A stretch of DNA of 64,000 nucleotides from Thermoplasmata archaeon (GCA_021817245.1 JAKAVQ010000006.1:66001-130000), one strand, 5' to 3'; shown: positions 18,988 through 29,971, numbered from the stretch's first letter. Notes: a model not told the origin generated them from the letters alone. Made by a program: numbers and translations.

Positions 18988-21291
18988 GTGCCGGCACGAG
19001 ACCCGGGGCGACGTACCGATCGGCGGCCGGTCGAGGAACCGAGCGCACCCGTACCGCTCTCCGAGACGGAGATCGACCCGGACTGGCGGCGGCTCCTCGA
19101 GCAGGACGGGATCACGAGCCTCTACCCTCCGCAGGCGATGGCCGTTGGGCCCGTCCTTGCCGGCGAGAGCCTCCTCCTCGCCTGTCCCACGGCGAGCGGG
19201 AAGTCACTGGTCGCCTACCTCGCGCTGCTCCGGGCGGCCCGCGCGGGACGCACCGGCCTCTACCTCGTCCCGCTCCGCGCGCTCGCCCACGAGAAGGCCG
19301 AGGAGCTCGAGAAGTTCGCCGAGCTCGGCCTCAAGGTCGGGCTCTCGATCGGCGACTACGATCTTCCCGCCGAGAAGCTCGAGAAGCTGGACGTCCTGGT
19401 CGCGACCAGCGAGAAGGCCGACAGCCTCCTGCGGCGGGGGAGTCCATGGCTCGATCGGCTGGGGGTCGTCGTCGCCGACGAGGTGCACCTCATGCGCGAC
19501 CCGGACCGGGGACCGACGCTCGAGGTCAGCCTGACCCGGCTCCGACGCGCGTACCCCCACCTCCAGGTCGTGGCGCTCTCGGCGACCGTCCGGAACTCCG
19601 AGGAGGTTGCCGAGTGGCTGGATGCACGCCACGTCGCGAGCCGGTACCGGCCCGTCCCGCTCAAGATGGGGGTCTATTACGACGGGCGGATTACCTACGC
19701 CGACCTCGCCGTGCGCGACGTCCCCGGACCGGGCGAGCCCGTCCCCCGACTCGTGCGGACGGTCGTCGAAGAGGGGGGGCAGGCGCTCGTCTTCGTGAAC
19801 AGCCGGCGTGCGAGCGAGCAGGTCGCCGAGTCGCTCGTCCCGACCGTTCGCCGACTCCTCCCGGACGAAGAGCGCCAACGTGCGCGCGCGGCCGCCGCGG
19901 AGCTCTCGGCCGTCTCGGACGAGGAGACCGAAGGGATCCGCCGGCTGAGCGGCCTGCTTCCCTACGGAGTGGCGTTCCACAACGCGTCGCTGACGAATCC
20001 GGAGCGCCGGGTCGTCGAGCGCGCCTTCCGAGACCGGGCCCTCAAGGCGCTCGTGGCGACCCCCACGCTCGCCGCGGGGATCAACCTCCCCGCGCGCCGG
20101 GTGATCGTCCGGGACACGAGCCGGTACGACGATCACCTCGGCCTCCAGGCACCGATCCCCGCCATGGAGGTGCAGCAGATGCTGGGCCGGGCCGGCCGCC
20201 CCCGCTACGACCCGGTCGGCGAGGCCCTCCTCGTCGCGCGGGGGCCGGACGACGAGGACCGGCTGCTCGACGACTACCTCTCGGCTCCCCCGGAGCCGAT
20301 CGTGAGCCGCCTCGCGGCCGAGCCGGCGCTCCGCATGCACCTGTTGGCGCTGGTGGCGAGCGGGGCGGTGGGCACCGAGTCGGAGCTCGAGGGATTCTTC
20401 GCGTCGACGTTCTACGGACGAACGCTTCCGTTGCCCGACCTCGAGTCGAAGATCGAGGGAGTCCGCCGCTTTCTCGAGGAGAACGACCTGCTCGAGCCCG
20501 GGGCCCGCTTGCGGGCGACGCGGTTCGGACGGCTGACGAGCGAGCTCTACCTCGACCCGCTGAGTGCGATCGTGCTCCGCAAGGTCCTCGAGCGCGCGCC
20601 GATCGGGGTGGCGCCGTTCCCGCTCCTCGCCGCGATCGCTGCGACGCCCGACCTACCGCCGATGTTCCTGCGGCGGGGCGAGGAGTCCGACCTGCTCGCG
20701 AGGTACACCGACGAGGCGGAGGAGCTGCTGGTGAAGCCCGAGGAGCCTCCGCTCGAGCTCGACCTCGATGGGTTCCTCGCGACGCTCAAGACCGCGACCG
20801 TCCTTGAGAGCTGGACGAACGAGGTCCCGCTCGTCGAGCTGACCGCGCGCCACGGCATCGGCGCCGGCGACGTCCGGGCCAAGGTCGAGGACGCCGACTG
20901 GTTGCTGTTCGGTCTCTCCCGTCTTTCGAGCCTCGAGCCACGACGTATCGGACGGAGCATCGACGACCTCGCGCTGCGGGTCCGCTACGGCGTTAAGGAG
21001 GAGCTGCTCGACCTCGTCCGGCTCCGGGGGATCGGACGGGTGCGGGCCCGGATCCTCTTCCGGGCCGGCTTTCCGGACCGCGAAGCGCTGCGCCAGGCTC
21101 CGCTCGACCGAGTCGAGCAGGCGCTCAAGTCCCGGAAGCTCGCGGAAATGGTGCTCAGTCAGGTGCGGCGCCGCGCGGGAGCTCCGTCGGGTCGGGACGA
21201 AGAGATCCCGGCCGGTCCTCCGCCGACCACCGCCCATCGTCGTCCCACGGTGCGAACGCTCGAGGAGTACCCGTCCGACGGTCCGCGGTGA
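18988..21291 (+). CDS. hel308: ATP-dependent DNA helicase Hel308 (Ski2-like)
   Basis: LYPPQAMAV, Walker A PTASGKSLVAYLA, DEVH box (VVADEVHLM), SAT (LSATVRN), HNASL, C-terminal HLH domain; GTG start at 18988 is tentative since the ORF opens further upstream inside the acyl-CoA dehydrogenase gene. Confidence 0.75.
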   Translation: MPARDPGRRTDRRPVEEPSAPVPLSETEIDPDWRRLLEQDGITSLYPPQAMAVGPVLAGESLLLACPTASGKSLVAYLALLRAARAGRTGLYLVPLRALAHEKAEELEKFAELGLKVGLSIGDYDLPAEKLEKLDVLVATSEKADSLLRRGSPWLDRLGVVVADEVHLMRDPDRGPTLEVSLTRLRRAYPHLQVVALSATVRNSEEVAEWLDARHVASRYRPVPLKMGVYYDGRITYADLAVRDVPGPGEPVPRLVRTVVEEGGQALVFVNSRRASEQVAESLVPTVRRLLPDEERQRARAAAAELSAVSDEETEGIRRLSGLLPYGVAFHNASLTNPERRVVERAFRDRALKALVATPTLAAGINLPARRVIVRDTSRYDDHLGLQAPIPAMEVQQMLGRAGRPRYDPVGEALLVARGPDDEDRLLDDYLSAPPEPIVSRLAAEPALRMHLLALVASGAVGTESELEGFFASTFYGRTLPLPDLESKIEGVRRFLEENDLLEPGARLRATRFGRLTSELYLDPLSAIVLRKVLERAPIGVAPFPLLAAIAATPDLPPMFLRRGEESDLLARYTDEAEELLVKPEEPPLELDLDGFLATLKTATVLESWTNEVPLVELTARHGIGAGDVRAKVEDADWLLFGLSRLSSLEPRRIGRSIDDLALRVRYGVKEELLDLVRLRGIGRVRARILFRAGFPDREALRQAPLDRVEQALKSRKLAEMVLSQVRRRAGAPSGRDEEIPAGPPPTTAHRRPTVRTLEEYPSDGPR

Positions 21292-22366
21292 CCCACTCGT
21301 CAATCGGCGTGAGGACCCGCAGAAGCGACACCGTACCGCCGTTCCCCCCGGCCCGGATCTCCCGACGCACGTAGCCGGCCTGCTCGAGCCGGACGATCCG
21401 TCGCCAGAGCGTCGTCGCGGGCAGGGGACGCGCGCCCTGAGAGCGCGCCAGCTCCGCCTCGATCCGCTTGACCTCGGCGAGGCGAGCGGCTCGCCCACCC
21501 GACGCGGTTCCGATCGCGCGGACGACGCGCGGCTCGATCGGGATCCCGTCGGGAAACGGCGCGGACGGAGCTCCGAGCCCGGCGAACGCCGACGCCCCCA
21601 GGAGGCGCCGCTTCAGCAACGCGACCGCACGAGCGGCACCGCCGCCCTCGGTGGCGGTCCGTTCGACCAGCGCTTCGACCTCCGCCGTGGGCAGGGGACG
21701 GCCCAGCGCCCGGTTCGCCCGGTCCGCGACGATCGCAGTAAGCTCCTCGGGCGAGTACGGGGGGAGCCGTACGAACGGCGCGAAGGTGAGCCGGCCGCCT
21801 TTCGGTCCCTCGACCGCGCGGAGCGATTCGGGCGTCCCCGCGACGAGGGTCCACCACGGCGGCAGCCCACTCTCGCCCTCCGGGAGGAAGCGGTCGGGGG
21901 AGCCCACCGCGACGAGGACCGGCGCGACGGAGGGCGCACCGGGCCCGACGTCGTCCAGAACGAGGATCGTCGGACGCCCCTCACGCCGGATCCGCCGCAA
22001 CACCCCTGCCAGGATCTCGTTCACGCAGAACCCCCGGCCGTCGAACCCTTCGTCGAGGCGCTGGAGCAGCGCGGTGGCGAGCCCATGTGGACCCCGCAGA
22101 GCCCCGACCCGCACGGCGAGGACGCGAGGTGGCGGACCCATGGCCTCGGCCCGGAGGCGGTCGGCGACCTCACGCGCCGCCCGCCGGGCGACGACGCTCG
22201 TCCCCGAACCGGCCGGTCCCTCGATCCCGATCGTCCACGGAGGAGGCGCGCGGGGCCGGGGCGCGTCGAGCCGCCGGACGACCTCGTCCACCGCCGCCCG
22301 TCGGGCGATCGCCACGGGTGGCAGCCAATCGTTCTGGAGAACTTCGGCGTGGGGCACCGGCTGCAT
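21155..22366 (-). CDS. Orc1/Cdc6-family AAA+ replication initiator
   Basis: 403 aa; Walker A GPAGSGTS, Walker B ILVLDDV, C-terminal winged-helix region; overlaps the hel308 3' end by about 137 bp. Confidence 0.65.
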   Translation of the reverse strand: MQPVPHAEVLQNDWLPPVAIARRAAVDEVVRRLDAPRPRAPPPWTIGIEGPAGSGTSVVARRAAREVADRLRAEAMGPPPRVLAVRVGALRGPHGLATALLQRLDEGFDGRGFCVNEILAGVLRRIRREGRPTILVLDDVGPGAPSVAPVLVAVGSPDRFLPEGESGLPPWWTLVAGTPESLRAVEGPKGGRLTFAPFVRLPPYSPEELTAIVADRANRALGRPLPTAEVEALVERTATEGGGAARAVALLKRRLLGASAFAGLGAPSAPFPDGIPIEPRVVRAIGTASGGRAARLAEVKRIEAELARSQGARPLPATTLWRRIVRLEQAGYVRREIRAGGNGGTVSLLRVLTPIDEWVTADRRTGTPRAFAPWDDDGRWSAEDRPGSLRPDPTELPRGAAPD

Positions 22367-22420
22367 AGGTCACTGTAGAACTATCGCTTATAAGAATACT
22401 GTTTACCGCGCCCACTGCCG

Positions 22421-23377
22421 GTGAAAAGTGCTATGGACCACGGCCTTTTCGGAGACGAAGTGGCGAACCCCGAGTCGCCGAGACCGCTGCGGATCCTTCT
22501 CCGAGACCTCGGGTTCGCCCTCGCCCTCGGGATCGCCACATACGTCGCGTTCCTGTTCCTGAACAACTACGCCCTCTCTCGGGGGTTCACCGAATACGAG
22601 CTCGTCCTGCTCGAGGCCGGGGCGATCGTCGCGGTCGCCTACCTCGTCGCGCGGGCGGTGACGAACGCGACCAACGCGGTCCTCCGGCGGCGGGGAGGCG
22701 CGTCCCGCGCCCACCTCGTCCGGATCTTCTTCAACCTGCTCATCGGGGTCGCCGCGGTCCTCGCGCTGTTCAAGCTGGCCGGGGTCTCGATCGAGTCGAT
22801 CTTCCTCGGGAGCGCGCTCGCCGGTATCGTGCTCGGCCTCGCGGCGCAGACGGTCCTCGCGAACGTGTTCGCCGGACTTTTGCTGGTCGTCGCGGATCCG
22901 TTCCGGCCGGGCGACCGGGTCACGTTCGTCTCGTCGAGCTACGCCGCGATCTGGCCGAGCTACCCGCACGAGCTGATGTATCCCGGGTACTCCGGAGTGA
23001 TCGAGGACGTCGGCCTCATTTACACCGTCCTGCGCGTCGAGACCGGAGGGCTCGCGAAGGTCCCGAACAGCGTGGTTCTCGGCGCGCTCGTCCTGCGCCC
23101 GGATCCCCGAGGCGGCCGCTCGCAGCGGGTCCGCATGACGTTCCCCCTCTCCGTCCCCGTCGCCACGGTCGAAGCCGCGGTGGGAGAGCTCGCCGAGGCG
23201 CTCGCGCGGTCGGATCCCGCCGCACCCCGCCCGCGGTTCGAGGTCGCGGACATCGCCGCCGCCACCTGGGACGGGGTCGTCGTACTGTGGACCACGTCGC
23301 TCGACGAGGCCGGGACTCGGGACGCCGTACTGCGCGCCGTGCTCGCGCACCTGCCCGAGGCGGTCGGCCGCGGATGA
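22421..23377 (+). CDS. Mechanosensitive ion channel (MscS family)
   Basis: TM helices then the conserved MscS beta-domain ([10 protein letters not shown]...[26 protein letters not shown]). Confidence 0.75.
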   Translation: MKSAMDHGLFGDEVANPESPRPLRILLRDLGFALALGIATYVAFLFLNNYALSRGFTEYELVLLEAGAIVAVAYLVARAVTNATNAVLRRRGGASRAHLVRIFFNLLIGVAAVLALFKLAGVSIESIFLGSALAGIVLGLAAQTVLANVFAGLLLVVADPFRPGDRVTFVSSSYAAIWPSYPHELMYPGYSGVIEDVGLIYTVLRVETGGLAKVPNSVVLGALVLRPDPRGGRSQRVRMTFPLSVPVATVEAAVGELAEALARSDPAAPRPRFEVADIAAATWDGVVVLWTTSLDEAGTRDAVLRAVLAHLPEAVGRG

Positions 23378-23438
23378 ACGGAACCGGCTCCGCCACTCCT
23401 TAAATCCGCCCGACGCTCGGCGCGGTCGCGAGGGGCTC

Positions 23439-24545
23439 ATGGTCTACCGCGTCACGCTGATCCCAGGGGACGGTATCGGGCCGGAGGTGACGGCCGCCGC
23501 ACGGCTCGTCGCCGACGCAACGGGTGTTTCCATCGATTGGGAGATCGCCGAGGCCGGCGAAACGGCGATCGAGCGTTCCGGCACCCCCCTTCCGGACGGC
23601 GTGCTTGCCTCGATCCGTCGGAACAAGATCGCTCTCAAGGGGCCGATCACGACCCCCATCGGCAGCGGATTCCGATCGGTCAACGTGGCGCTCCGGCAGC
23701 AGCTCGACCTCTACGCCTCGGTCCGACCGGCCCGGGCAATCGCGGGCGAGGGGACGCGGTTCCCCGAGACCGACCTCGTGGTCGTGCGCGAGGCGACCGA
23801 AGGACTCTATTCCGGCGTCGAGCACTGGGTCGATCGCGATCACGCCGCCGCCGAGACGGTGAACGTCATCACCCGGAAGGCGTCCGACCGGGTCATCCGG
23901 TTCGCCTTCGACCTGGCCCGGCGCGAGCACCGGCACCACGTGACCGCCGTCCACAAGGCGAACATCATGAAGACCACCGGGGCGCTCTTCCAGACCGCCT
24001 TCCGAGAGATGGCCGCGAAGTACCCGGATATCACCTCGGACGAGCGCCTGATCGACAACATGTGCATGCAGCTCGCGAAGAAGCCGGAGGAGTACGATGT
24101 GATCGTGACGACGAACCTCTTCGGCGACATCCTCTCCGATCTCTGCGCGGGGCTCGCCGGCGGCCTCGGGGTCGCCCCGGGCGCCCTCTACGGCGAGGAG
24201 CTCGCGGTCTTCGAGCCGGTACATGGCTCCGCGCCCAAGTACGCCGGCCAGGACAAGGCGGATCCGGTCGCGGAGATCCTGTGCGTCGAGCTCCTCCTCC
24301 GCCACCTTGGCGAGAAGGAGGCGGCCGAGCGGATCTTCCGCGCCGTGTGGGAGACGATCGCGGAGAAGAAGGTCGTCACCTACGACCTCGCGCTGCCCGG
24401 CTACACTCAGCGGCCGGTCCCGGCGTCGAGCTGCTCGGCGATGGCGAAAGAGATCGCGCGGAAGGTCCCGCGCGTCGACCTCTCCGCCCCCCTGCCGCGC
24501 CCCCGCGGGGCGGGCCACGCGGACGACCCCCACCTCGTGGCCTAG
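23439..24545 (+). CDS. Isocitrate/3-isopropylmalate dehydrogenase family enzyme
   Basis: 368 aa; [35 protein letters not shown] motifs. Confidence 0.8.
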   Translation: MVYRVTLIPGDGIGPEVTAAARLVADATGVSIDWEIAEAGETAIERSGTPLPDGVLASIRRNKIALKGPITTPIGSGFRSVNVALRQQLDLYASVRPARAIAGEGTRFPETDLVVVREATEGLYSGVEHWVDRDHAAAETVNVITRKASDRVIRFAFDLARREHRHHVTAVHKANIMKTTGALFQTAFREMAAKYPDITSDERLIDNMCMQLAKKPEEYDVIVTTNLFGDILSDLCAGLAGGLGVAPGALYGEELAVFEPVHGSAPKYAGQDKADPVAEILCVELLLRHLGEKEAAERIFRAVWETIAEKKVVTYDLALPGYTQRPVPASSCSAMAKEIARKVPRVDLSAPLPRPRGAGHADDPHLVA

Positions 24546-24599
24546 CCGCGGTCGCCGGATGCGGGCGGGGGGGCCGCAACCTCGAGCCGGTGGGTCCGG

Positions 24600-25013
24600 T
24601 CAGGGGTCCCCGAGCACCTTCACGACGACCCGCTTCGGCCGCTGACCGTCGAACTCGGCGTAGAAAATCTGTTCCCACGGACCGAGGTCGAGGTCGCCTT
24701 TGGTGACGGGCAGAAGGACCTGGTGCCCGAGCAGGAGGTTCTTCAGGTGGGCATCCCCGTTCGTCTCCCCCGTACGATGGTGCGCGTACTCCCCCGGGGG
24801 CGCGAGTCGGTCGGCCCACGCCGAGATGTCCTCGAGAAGCCCGGACTCGTTGTCGTTGACGTAGACCGCGGCGGTGATGTGCATCGAGGAGACGAGGACC
24901 AGGCCCTCCCGGATCCCGCTGGCCCGGACCACGCGACGGACCGGCTCGGTCAGGTTGACGAACTCTCGGAGCTTCTCGGTCCGCATCACGAGGTATTCCG
25001 TACGGCTCGCCAT
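24600..25013 (-). CDS. yjbQ: Secondary thiamine-phosphate synthase enzyme YjbQ (UPF0047)
   Basis: 138 aa from the internal Met; ...[21 protein letters not shown]...[15 protein letters not shown]...[14 protein letters not shown]. Confidence 0.8.
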   Translation of the reverse strand: MASRTEYLVMRTEKLREFVNLTEPVRRVVRASGIREGLVLVSSMHITAAVYVNDNESGLLEDISAWADRLAPPGEYAHHRTGETNGDAHLKNLLLGHQVLLPVTKGDLDLGPWEQIFYAEFDGQRPKRVVVKVLGDP

Positions 25014-25076
25014 GCCGTCGGGAGGGGGCTCCCCACATTTTAAGGGCGGGAACCCCCCGTAAGTGACACGGAGACC

Positions 25077-25643
25077 GTGAGCGCGATCCCCCGGGCCGTT
25101 CGCATCCCTCGCTCGAGGCCCCCCCCCACGGTGGCGGTGGCCGGGAGGGGGCCGCCTCCTCCCCGGACCGGAGGGAGCGCGACCGCGAGCGGCGCTCGGG
25201 ATGCGCTGGTGCTCCGGCCGAACGTCGCCGGTCGGCAGCGCACCGGGCGCCTCGCGCTCCTCTATCTCGTCACGCTCACCCTCCTCTACGCCGGCTTCCT
25301 GGCCTTCGACCTCGCGAGCGCGGGCGGAGCCCGGCCCGGGGTCCGTTCCGATCTCCTCATCTTTGGTCTCGTCGCGGTCGTTCTCGGCGCGGGCGGAGCG
25401 ATCTACTCGATCGCACCGGCACCGCGTGCGGTGGGCATCGGTCCCCAAGGGCTCGTGCTGGTCGACCGATTCGGCCGACGGTCCGACTGGCCCCCCCTCG
25501 GGGTCACTTCGGTTCGGGTCGTCCGTCGTCACCCCGCGGGGAAGCTCGCGCGGGCCCCGGTGGAGTCGGTCGAGCTCTCGGCACCGGGGCGCCGCACGGT
25601 CGGCTGTCTCGTCGAAGAAGGACTGCTCCCGTCGAGCCGGTGA
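25077..25643 (+). CDS. Hypothetical membrane protein (two TM helices plus a PH-like C-terminal domain)
   Basis: Hydrophobic segments [19 protein letters not shown] and [18 protein letters not shown]; no recognised family. Confidence 0.35.
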   Translation: MSAIPRAVRIPRSRPPPTVAVAGRGPPPPRTGGSATASGARDALVLRPNVAGRQRTGRLALLYLVTLTLLYAGFLAFDLASAGGARPGVRSDLLIFGLVAVVLGAGGAIYSIAPAPRAVGIGPQGLVLVDRFGRRSDWPPLGVTSVRVVRRHPAGKLARAPVESVELSAPGRRTVGCLVEEGLLPSSR

Positions 25644-25684
25644 GTTTCTGGCGCCCAAGCCGGTCCGATCGACTCGCCGGGGCG

Positions 25685-26059
25685 TTACTCGAGGAGGTCT
25701 TCGAGCTCGCTCGCCACGAGCGTCAAAAGCTGGTCGAGGGAACGATTCTTGAGCTCGGTGATGTGCCCCGCGTCGGTCTCGAGCCGGGCCATGAACTCGT
25801 CGCCGTCGCGCACGAAGGAGAGCGAGAGCACGTGGCGTCGTCCGCCCGGAAGCGGTACCTCGAGGGTCGGGGTCGAGGAGGCGGCGGAGGAGGAGCCGGA
25901 CGGTCGCGCCGTCCCCTTCGCCGGCCGTGCCGGTTTCGACGGCTTGGCGGGGGCCTTGACCGCCGGCTTGGTCGCTCCCTTGGCCCCCGGTTTCGGGTGG
26001 GGGACCGGGGACTTGCCCGGGCGGCGGGGCGGCGCTTTCTGACGGCGGGCGGAGGGCAT
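25685..26059 (-). CDS. Hypothetical protein with Lys/Pro/Ala-rich N-terminal tail
   Basis: 124 aa; N-terminus [27 protein letters not shown] followed by a compact C-terminal domain. Confidence 0.3.
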   Translation of the reverse strand: MPSARRQKAPPRRPGKSPVPHPKPGAKGATKPAVKAPAKPSKPARPAKGTARPSGSSSAASSTPTLEVPLPGGRRHVLSLSFVRDGDEFMARLETDAGHITELKNRSLDQLLTLVASELEDLLE

Positions 26060-26185
26060 CGCAGCGTCCTTGAGTCGGCCGCACCAACCCCCCCTATTTA
26101 TGGGTTGGGTCTGCCGCGACCGTCAGGGCCCGAGCTTCGATCGTCCGGGGGCACGCCTATAGATGGGACTCCCTTTTCCGAGGCG

Positions 26186-28057
26186 ATGGGGAGGGCTCCG
26201 GTAGCGGTGGATGCGGCCCCGGTGGAACCGGCCCCGACTGCCCGGCCGCCTCCACCGATGCGGCCGGAGACCGCGCTCTTCCTCGTCGGGCTCGCGCTCC
26301 TGCTCGTCTTCGTCGCGCTCGAGCCGTACCTCTCGTTCGCGGTGTTCGGCTCGGACTCCGGAGAGTACTACCGACTCACGGCCGACCTCGTGACGACCGG
26401 CGCGCTGCCGCACGGAAGCGCGTACACCGGTTGGGGGTCGGCGTACCCGGACTTCCCCGGCATCTTCCTCCTCGCCGCCGCGGGGGCGGGCGCGCTCGGC
26501 CTCGACCCCTTCTCGGCGCTGACCCTCCTCATCCCGACGGTCGCGGTCCTGTCGGTCTTCCCGCTCTTCCTCCTCTTCCGGCGGCTCTATCCCCACGACC
26601 TGGTCGCCCTGCTGGGCGCCGGCTTCGCCTCCGTCGTGATGCCCCGGCTCTTCTCGATCGCGCACCCCGCCCCGCTCGCCCTCGGGGATTTCCTCTGCGT
26701 GACCGCGCTGTGGCTGTTCCTCGAAGGACGCCGGGACCCGCGTTGGTACGTCCCTCTCGCGCTGACGTCGGGGGCCCTCATCGTCACCCACCATTTCTCC
26801 TCGTACTTCTTCGCCGTGAGCGCGCTCGGGGGACTCCTGTTCCTCGAGATCTGGCGTCCCGGACTCTGGAGCCGTCGGTTCCCGCGGCGCGAACTCCTCT
26901 TCCTGGCGGCGTTCGTCAGCGCGACGTTCCTTTACTGGTTCTACGGAACCACGGCGTTCGTCGCGAAGGTCCTCCTTCCGAGCCTCGGCACCGGGGTCGG
27001 CTTCGCGGCGTTCGAGGCGATCGGACTGATCTCGATCGCCGCGGCCGGACTCTTGGTCCGATGGCGCCGGGCGCGCGCGCGGAACCGGCCCCGCCGGCGG
27101 TGGGTCCGGCTTCCGACCGACCGCAGCCTATTGCGCGACGCGGTGGCGATCGGGCTCATCGTGTTCGCGCTCATCGCCGTCCTCACCATCGTGCCGGTGC
27201 CCGGCACGGGGCAGACGACCCGCCCGGCGGCGATCCTCTGGTTCGCCCCGGTGCTCGGTCTCGGGATCGTCTGCGCCGGCAGCCGGCGGGCCCCGTCGCT
27301 CGCGCGCCTCGGTCCGCTCGCGCTCACCTGGACCGGCGCGCTGGGTCTCTCGGCGGGCGTGATGGTCGTGCTCTCGTTCCTCGGACCCGCGTTCCCGAAC
27401 GATCGCTGGGCGGCGAGCGCGACGAGCGTCGCCGACACGCTCTCTCCGGCCCGCCACGTCGAGTACCTCCTGATTCCGGTGGGCCTGCTGGTGGCGATCG
27501 GCGTCGCCCGCCTCGTGAGCCGCGCCGGGGCCGTTGGCGGCCGTCGGGCGCTCGTCGCGGCCGCCCTCGGGGCCGTCGTGCTCCTCGCGGCCAACGCGGC
27601 AATCGTCTACCCACCGCCCGCCGATTTCGGGAACTTCCAGGAAGGGTTGACGAACGGCGACGCGGCGCTGTGGCTGTGGGTGGGGGTGGCGGCCCCGCCG
27701 ACCTGGGCCGTCGCGAGCGACCACCGGCTGAGCTCGATGATCTTCGGTTTCGACGGAAATCCGGCGACGTGGGTGACCACCCCGGCCCTGTTCAACGGGA
27801 ACTCCTCGGATTGGCCGGCCGCGGAGGCCGAGTTGCGGCTCGCCGAGGCGCCGAACGGGGACCACCTCCACCCGATCGCGCTCGTCGCGATCGATTCCGT
27901 CATGTACTCGGGCGTCGCGTTGGACCCGGCATCGCTCGCCGAGCCGCTCAGCCCGGCCGCGATCGCCTGGTTCTCGGGGCTCCCGTTCGTCCCGCTCTAC
28001 GAGAACGGCCAGAACGTCGTCTACCTGGTCGACGCGCCGTACCTCTCGTACGGGTAA
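26186..28057 (+). CDS. Large polytopic membrane protein, possible glycosyltransferase (GT-C/GT39-like fold)
   Basis: About 620 aa from the ATG at 26186; more than 12 predicted TM helices plus a C-terminal soluble domain; sits among glycan-related genes. Confidence 0.5.
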   Translation: MGRAPVAVDAAPVEPAPTARPPPPMRPETALFLVGLALLLVFVALEPYLSFAVFGSDSGEYYRLTADLVTTGALPHGSAYTGWGSAYPDFPGIFLLAAAGAGALGLDPFSALTLLIPTVAVLSVFPLFLLFRRLYPHDLVALLGAGFASVVMPRLFSIAHPAPLALGDFLCVTALWLFLEGRRDPRWYVPLALTSGALIVTHHFSSYFFAVSALGGLLFLEIWRPGLWSRRFPRRELLFLAAFVSATFLYWFYGTTAFVAKVLLPSLGTGVGFAAFEAIGLISIAAAGLLVRWRRARARNRPRRRWVRLPTDRSLLRDAVAIGLIVFALIAVLTIVPVPGTGQTTRPAAILWFAPVLGLGIVCAGSRRAPSLARLGPLALTWTGALGLSAGVMVVLSFLGPAFPNDRWAASATSVADTLSPARHVEYLLIPVGLLVAIGVARLVSRAGAVGGRRALVAAALGAVVLLAANAAIVYPPPADFGNFQEGLTNGDAALWLWVGVAAPPTWAVASDHRLSSMIFGFDGNPATWVTTPALFNGNSSDWPAAEAELRLAEAPNGDHLHPIALVAIDSVMYSGVALDPASLAEPLSPAAIAWFSGLPFVPLYENGQNVVYLVDAPYLSYG

Positions 28058-28761
28058 GGTCGGATCGACCCGTCCCGGTCCCACAGGAGCACCGGCACCC
28101 GGGCATGGGCCGCCAGCAGCCCGAGCAGCTCGCCGGCCCAGCGAAGCTTCGCCAGCTTGCGCGCTCGCGTGGCCTCCGGCTCCTCGACCCGTTCGAAGTC
28201 GAACCCCCACAAAAGGAGGCGGGAAGATCCCAGGTGCTCCGCGAGAAAGGCCGCGCGGTCGCCGTCCGTGAACCCTCCGACGTCGACGAGCGCTTCCCGT
28301 GGGGGGCCCGCCCACGATCCGACGAGCTCCCCCGGGAACTCCGGGACCCACTCTCGGAGCGCGGTAGTGTTGTCCCCATGCGCGTGCACGACCACGAGGC
28401 TACCCCGCCGGTTCGCGCTGACCTCGCTCGCCACGGGGCCGTCGAGGTCGGTCACGACCAGATCGGGCACGAGGCCCGCCCCGAGGCAGGTCACGGCGGC
28501 GCCGTCCGCGGCGAGGATCGCGGGCGGGCGACCCCCCGCGGCCCGCCGCCAGAGCGGGGGGGGGCCGGCCGAGGGGGCCTGGCCGACGACGATCGCGTCC
28601 CTCCCCTCGAGCCGCGCCCTCAGGCGGCCGAGCGGGTCGGAGCGGGCGCGGGCGGGAAGGAGGGACTCGAGGAGGTCGGCCGCCGCGCGTTCCCGCTCCA
28701 TCGAGAAGCCGAACTCAGCCCGGAGGCGCTCGTACTGCGGGGCCCAGTCGCGGTACTCCAC
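28021..28761 (-). CDS. mptE: 6-hydroxymethyl-7,8-dihydropterin pyrophosphokinase MptE-like (archaeal DUF115)
   Basis: 246 aa; AIVVGQAPS...VVTDLDG...VVHAHGDN motif characteristic of MptE. Confidence 0.65.
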   Translation of the reverse strand: MEYRDWAPQYERLRAEFGFSMERERAAADLLESLLPARARSDPLGRLRARLEGRDAIVVGQAPSAGPPPLWRRAAGGRPPAILAADGAAVTCLGAGLVPDLVVTDLDGPVASEVSANRRGSLVVVHAHGDNTTALREWVPEFPGELVGSWAGPPREALVDVGGFTDGDRAAFLAEHLGSSRLLLWGFDFERVEEPEATRARKLAKLRWAGELLGLLAAHARVPVLLWDRDGSIRPYPYERYGASTR

Positions 28762-28786
28762 GGCCGTGCCGAAAAACGCCTAACGC

Positions 28787-28794
28787 TTTTATAA
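28787..28794 (+). promoter_or_regulatory. Archaeal TATA-box-like element (TTTTATAA) in the mptE/ftsZ divergent intergenic region
   Basis: AT-rich octamer in a GC-rich context about 35 bp upstream of the ftsZ ATG at 28829. Confidence 0.35.
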
Positions 28795-28828
28795 TGAAGT
28801 CTATGCTCCGCCCGAGAGGAGTTCCGCC

Positions 28829-29971
28829 GTGATGCGACCGCTCGCCCAGGAGATCCTCGCCCACCTTCCCGGAGAGTCCAAGCGTACCCCGGAGGCGCCA
28901 CCGCCGACCAGCGACGACGCCGAGCTCGAGGCGGTGCTCGCCTCCCTGAAGACGAACATCAAGGTCGTGGGCTGCGGGGGCGGCGGCTGCAACACGATCA
29001 ACCGGCTGGCCGAGGAGGGACTCTCGGGGGCCGAGATGATCGCGTGCAACACGGACGCGCAGCACCTCCTGACGATCCACGCGCCGCGAAAGATCCTTCT
29101 CGGACGGCGGTTGACCCGGGGGCTGGGGGCCGGGGCCCTGCCGCAGGTCGGCGAGCAGGCGGCGCACGAAGCCGAAGAGGAGCTGAAGAAGTCGCTCCAG
29201 AACTCCGACATGGTCTTCATCACGCTTGGGCTGGGCGGAGGCACCGGCACCGGTTCGGCCCCGGTCGTGGCGCAGCTGGCCAAGGACGCCGGCGGTGGCA
29301 ACCCCCTCACGATCGCGGTCTGCACCCTGCCGTTCGCGTCGGAGGGGCTCGTCCGCCAGGAGAACGCGATGTGGGGCCTCGAACGGCTCCGCTCGACGAT
29401 CGACACAGTGATCACGATCCCGAACGACCGCCTGCTCGAACTCGTCCCGCGCCTGCCGATCCAGACCGCGTTCAAGGTCGCGGACTCGGTCCTGGCCCGG
29501 GCGATCCGGGGCATCACCGAGATCATCACGCGACCGGGGCTCGTCAACCTCGACTTCAACGACCTGCGGACGATCATGAAAGGCGGAGGCGTCGCGCTGA
29601 TCGGCATCGGAGAGTCCGAGAGCGACAACCGGGCCGAGGACGCGGTGCTGGAGGCGATCAACTCCCCGCTCCTTCACGTGGATATCGCCGGCGCGACCGG
29701 GGCGCTCATCAACGTCACCGGCGGGCCGGACATGACGGTCAGCGAGGCGCAGAAGGCCGCGGAGGTCGTGCAAAAGGCGGTCAGTCCGACGGCCCGGATC
29801 ATCTGGGGCGCGGCCGTCGACCCCACGATGCAGAGCACGATCCGGGTCATGCTCGTCGTGACCGGCGTCAAATCCCCCCAGATTTTCGGTACTCAGCCAA
29901 CGGGTGGTACTGCGCGCCAAGGGGGGCGTCCGGGCGGTGGCGCCCGTGACGAGATCGAGACGGTTCGCTAG
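28829..29971 (+). CDS. ftsZ: Cell division GTPase FtsZ
   Basis: IKVVGCGGGGCN and tubulin signature GGGTGTGSAPVVA; 380 aa. Confidence 0.9.
   Translation: MMRPLAQEILAHLPGESKRTPEAPPPTSDDAELEAVLASLKTNIKVVGCGGGGCNTINRLAEEGLSGAEMIACNTDAQHLLTIHAPRKILLGRRLTRGLGAGALPQVGEQAAHEAEEELKKSLQNSDMVFITLGLGGGTGTGSAPVVAQLAKDAGGGNPLTIAVCTLPFASEGLVRQENAMWGLERLRSTIDTVITIPNDRLLELVPRLPIQTAFKVADSVLARAIRGITEIITRPGLVNLDFNDLRTIMKGGGVALIGIGESESDNRAEDAVLEAINSPLLHVDIAGATGALINVTGGPDMTVSEAQKAAEVVQKAVSPTARIIWGAAVDPTMQSTIRVMLVVTGVKSPQIFGTQPTGGTARQGGRPGGGARDEIETVR

Noticed and set aside
18447-20807. 786-aa ORF on the plus strand
   Set aside because: Alternative frame inside hel308. Extremely R/P/G-rich with no helicase motifs, unlike the neighbouring frame.
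22403-23440. 345-aa ORF on the minus strand
   Set aside because: Antisense to the MscS channel gene, which carries clear family motifs.
25685-26059. K/P/A-rich N-terminal tail protein as a histone-H1-like or chromatin protein
   Set aside because: The tail is low-complexity and could equally be a linker. There is no supporting motif, so it is kept only as a low-confidence hypothetical.
26431-28794. 787-aa ORF on the plus strand
   Set aside because: Out-of-frame overlap of the membrane protein and antisense to mptE. Low-complexity RG-rich.
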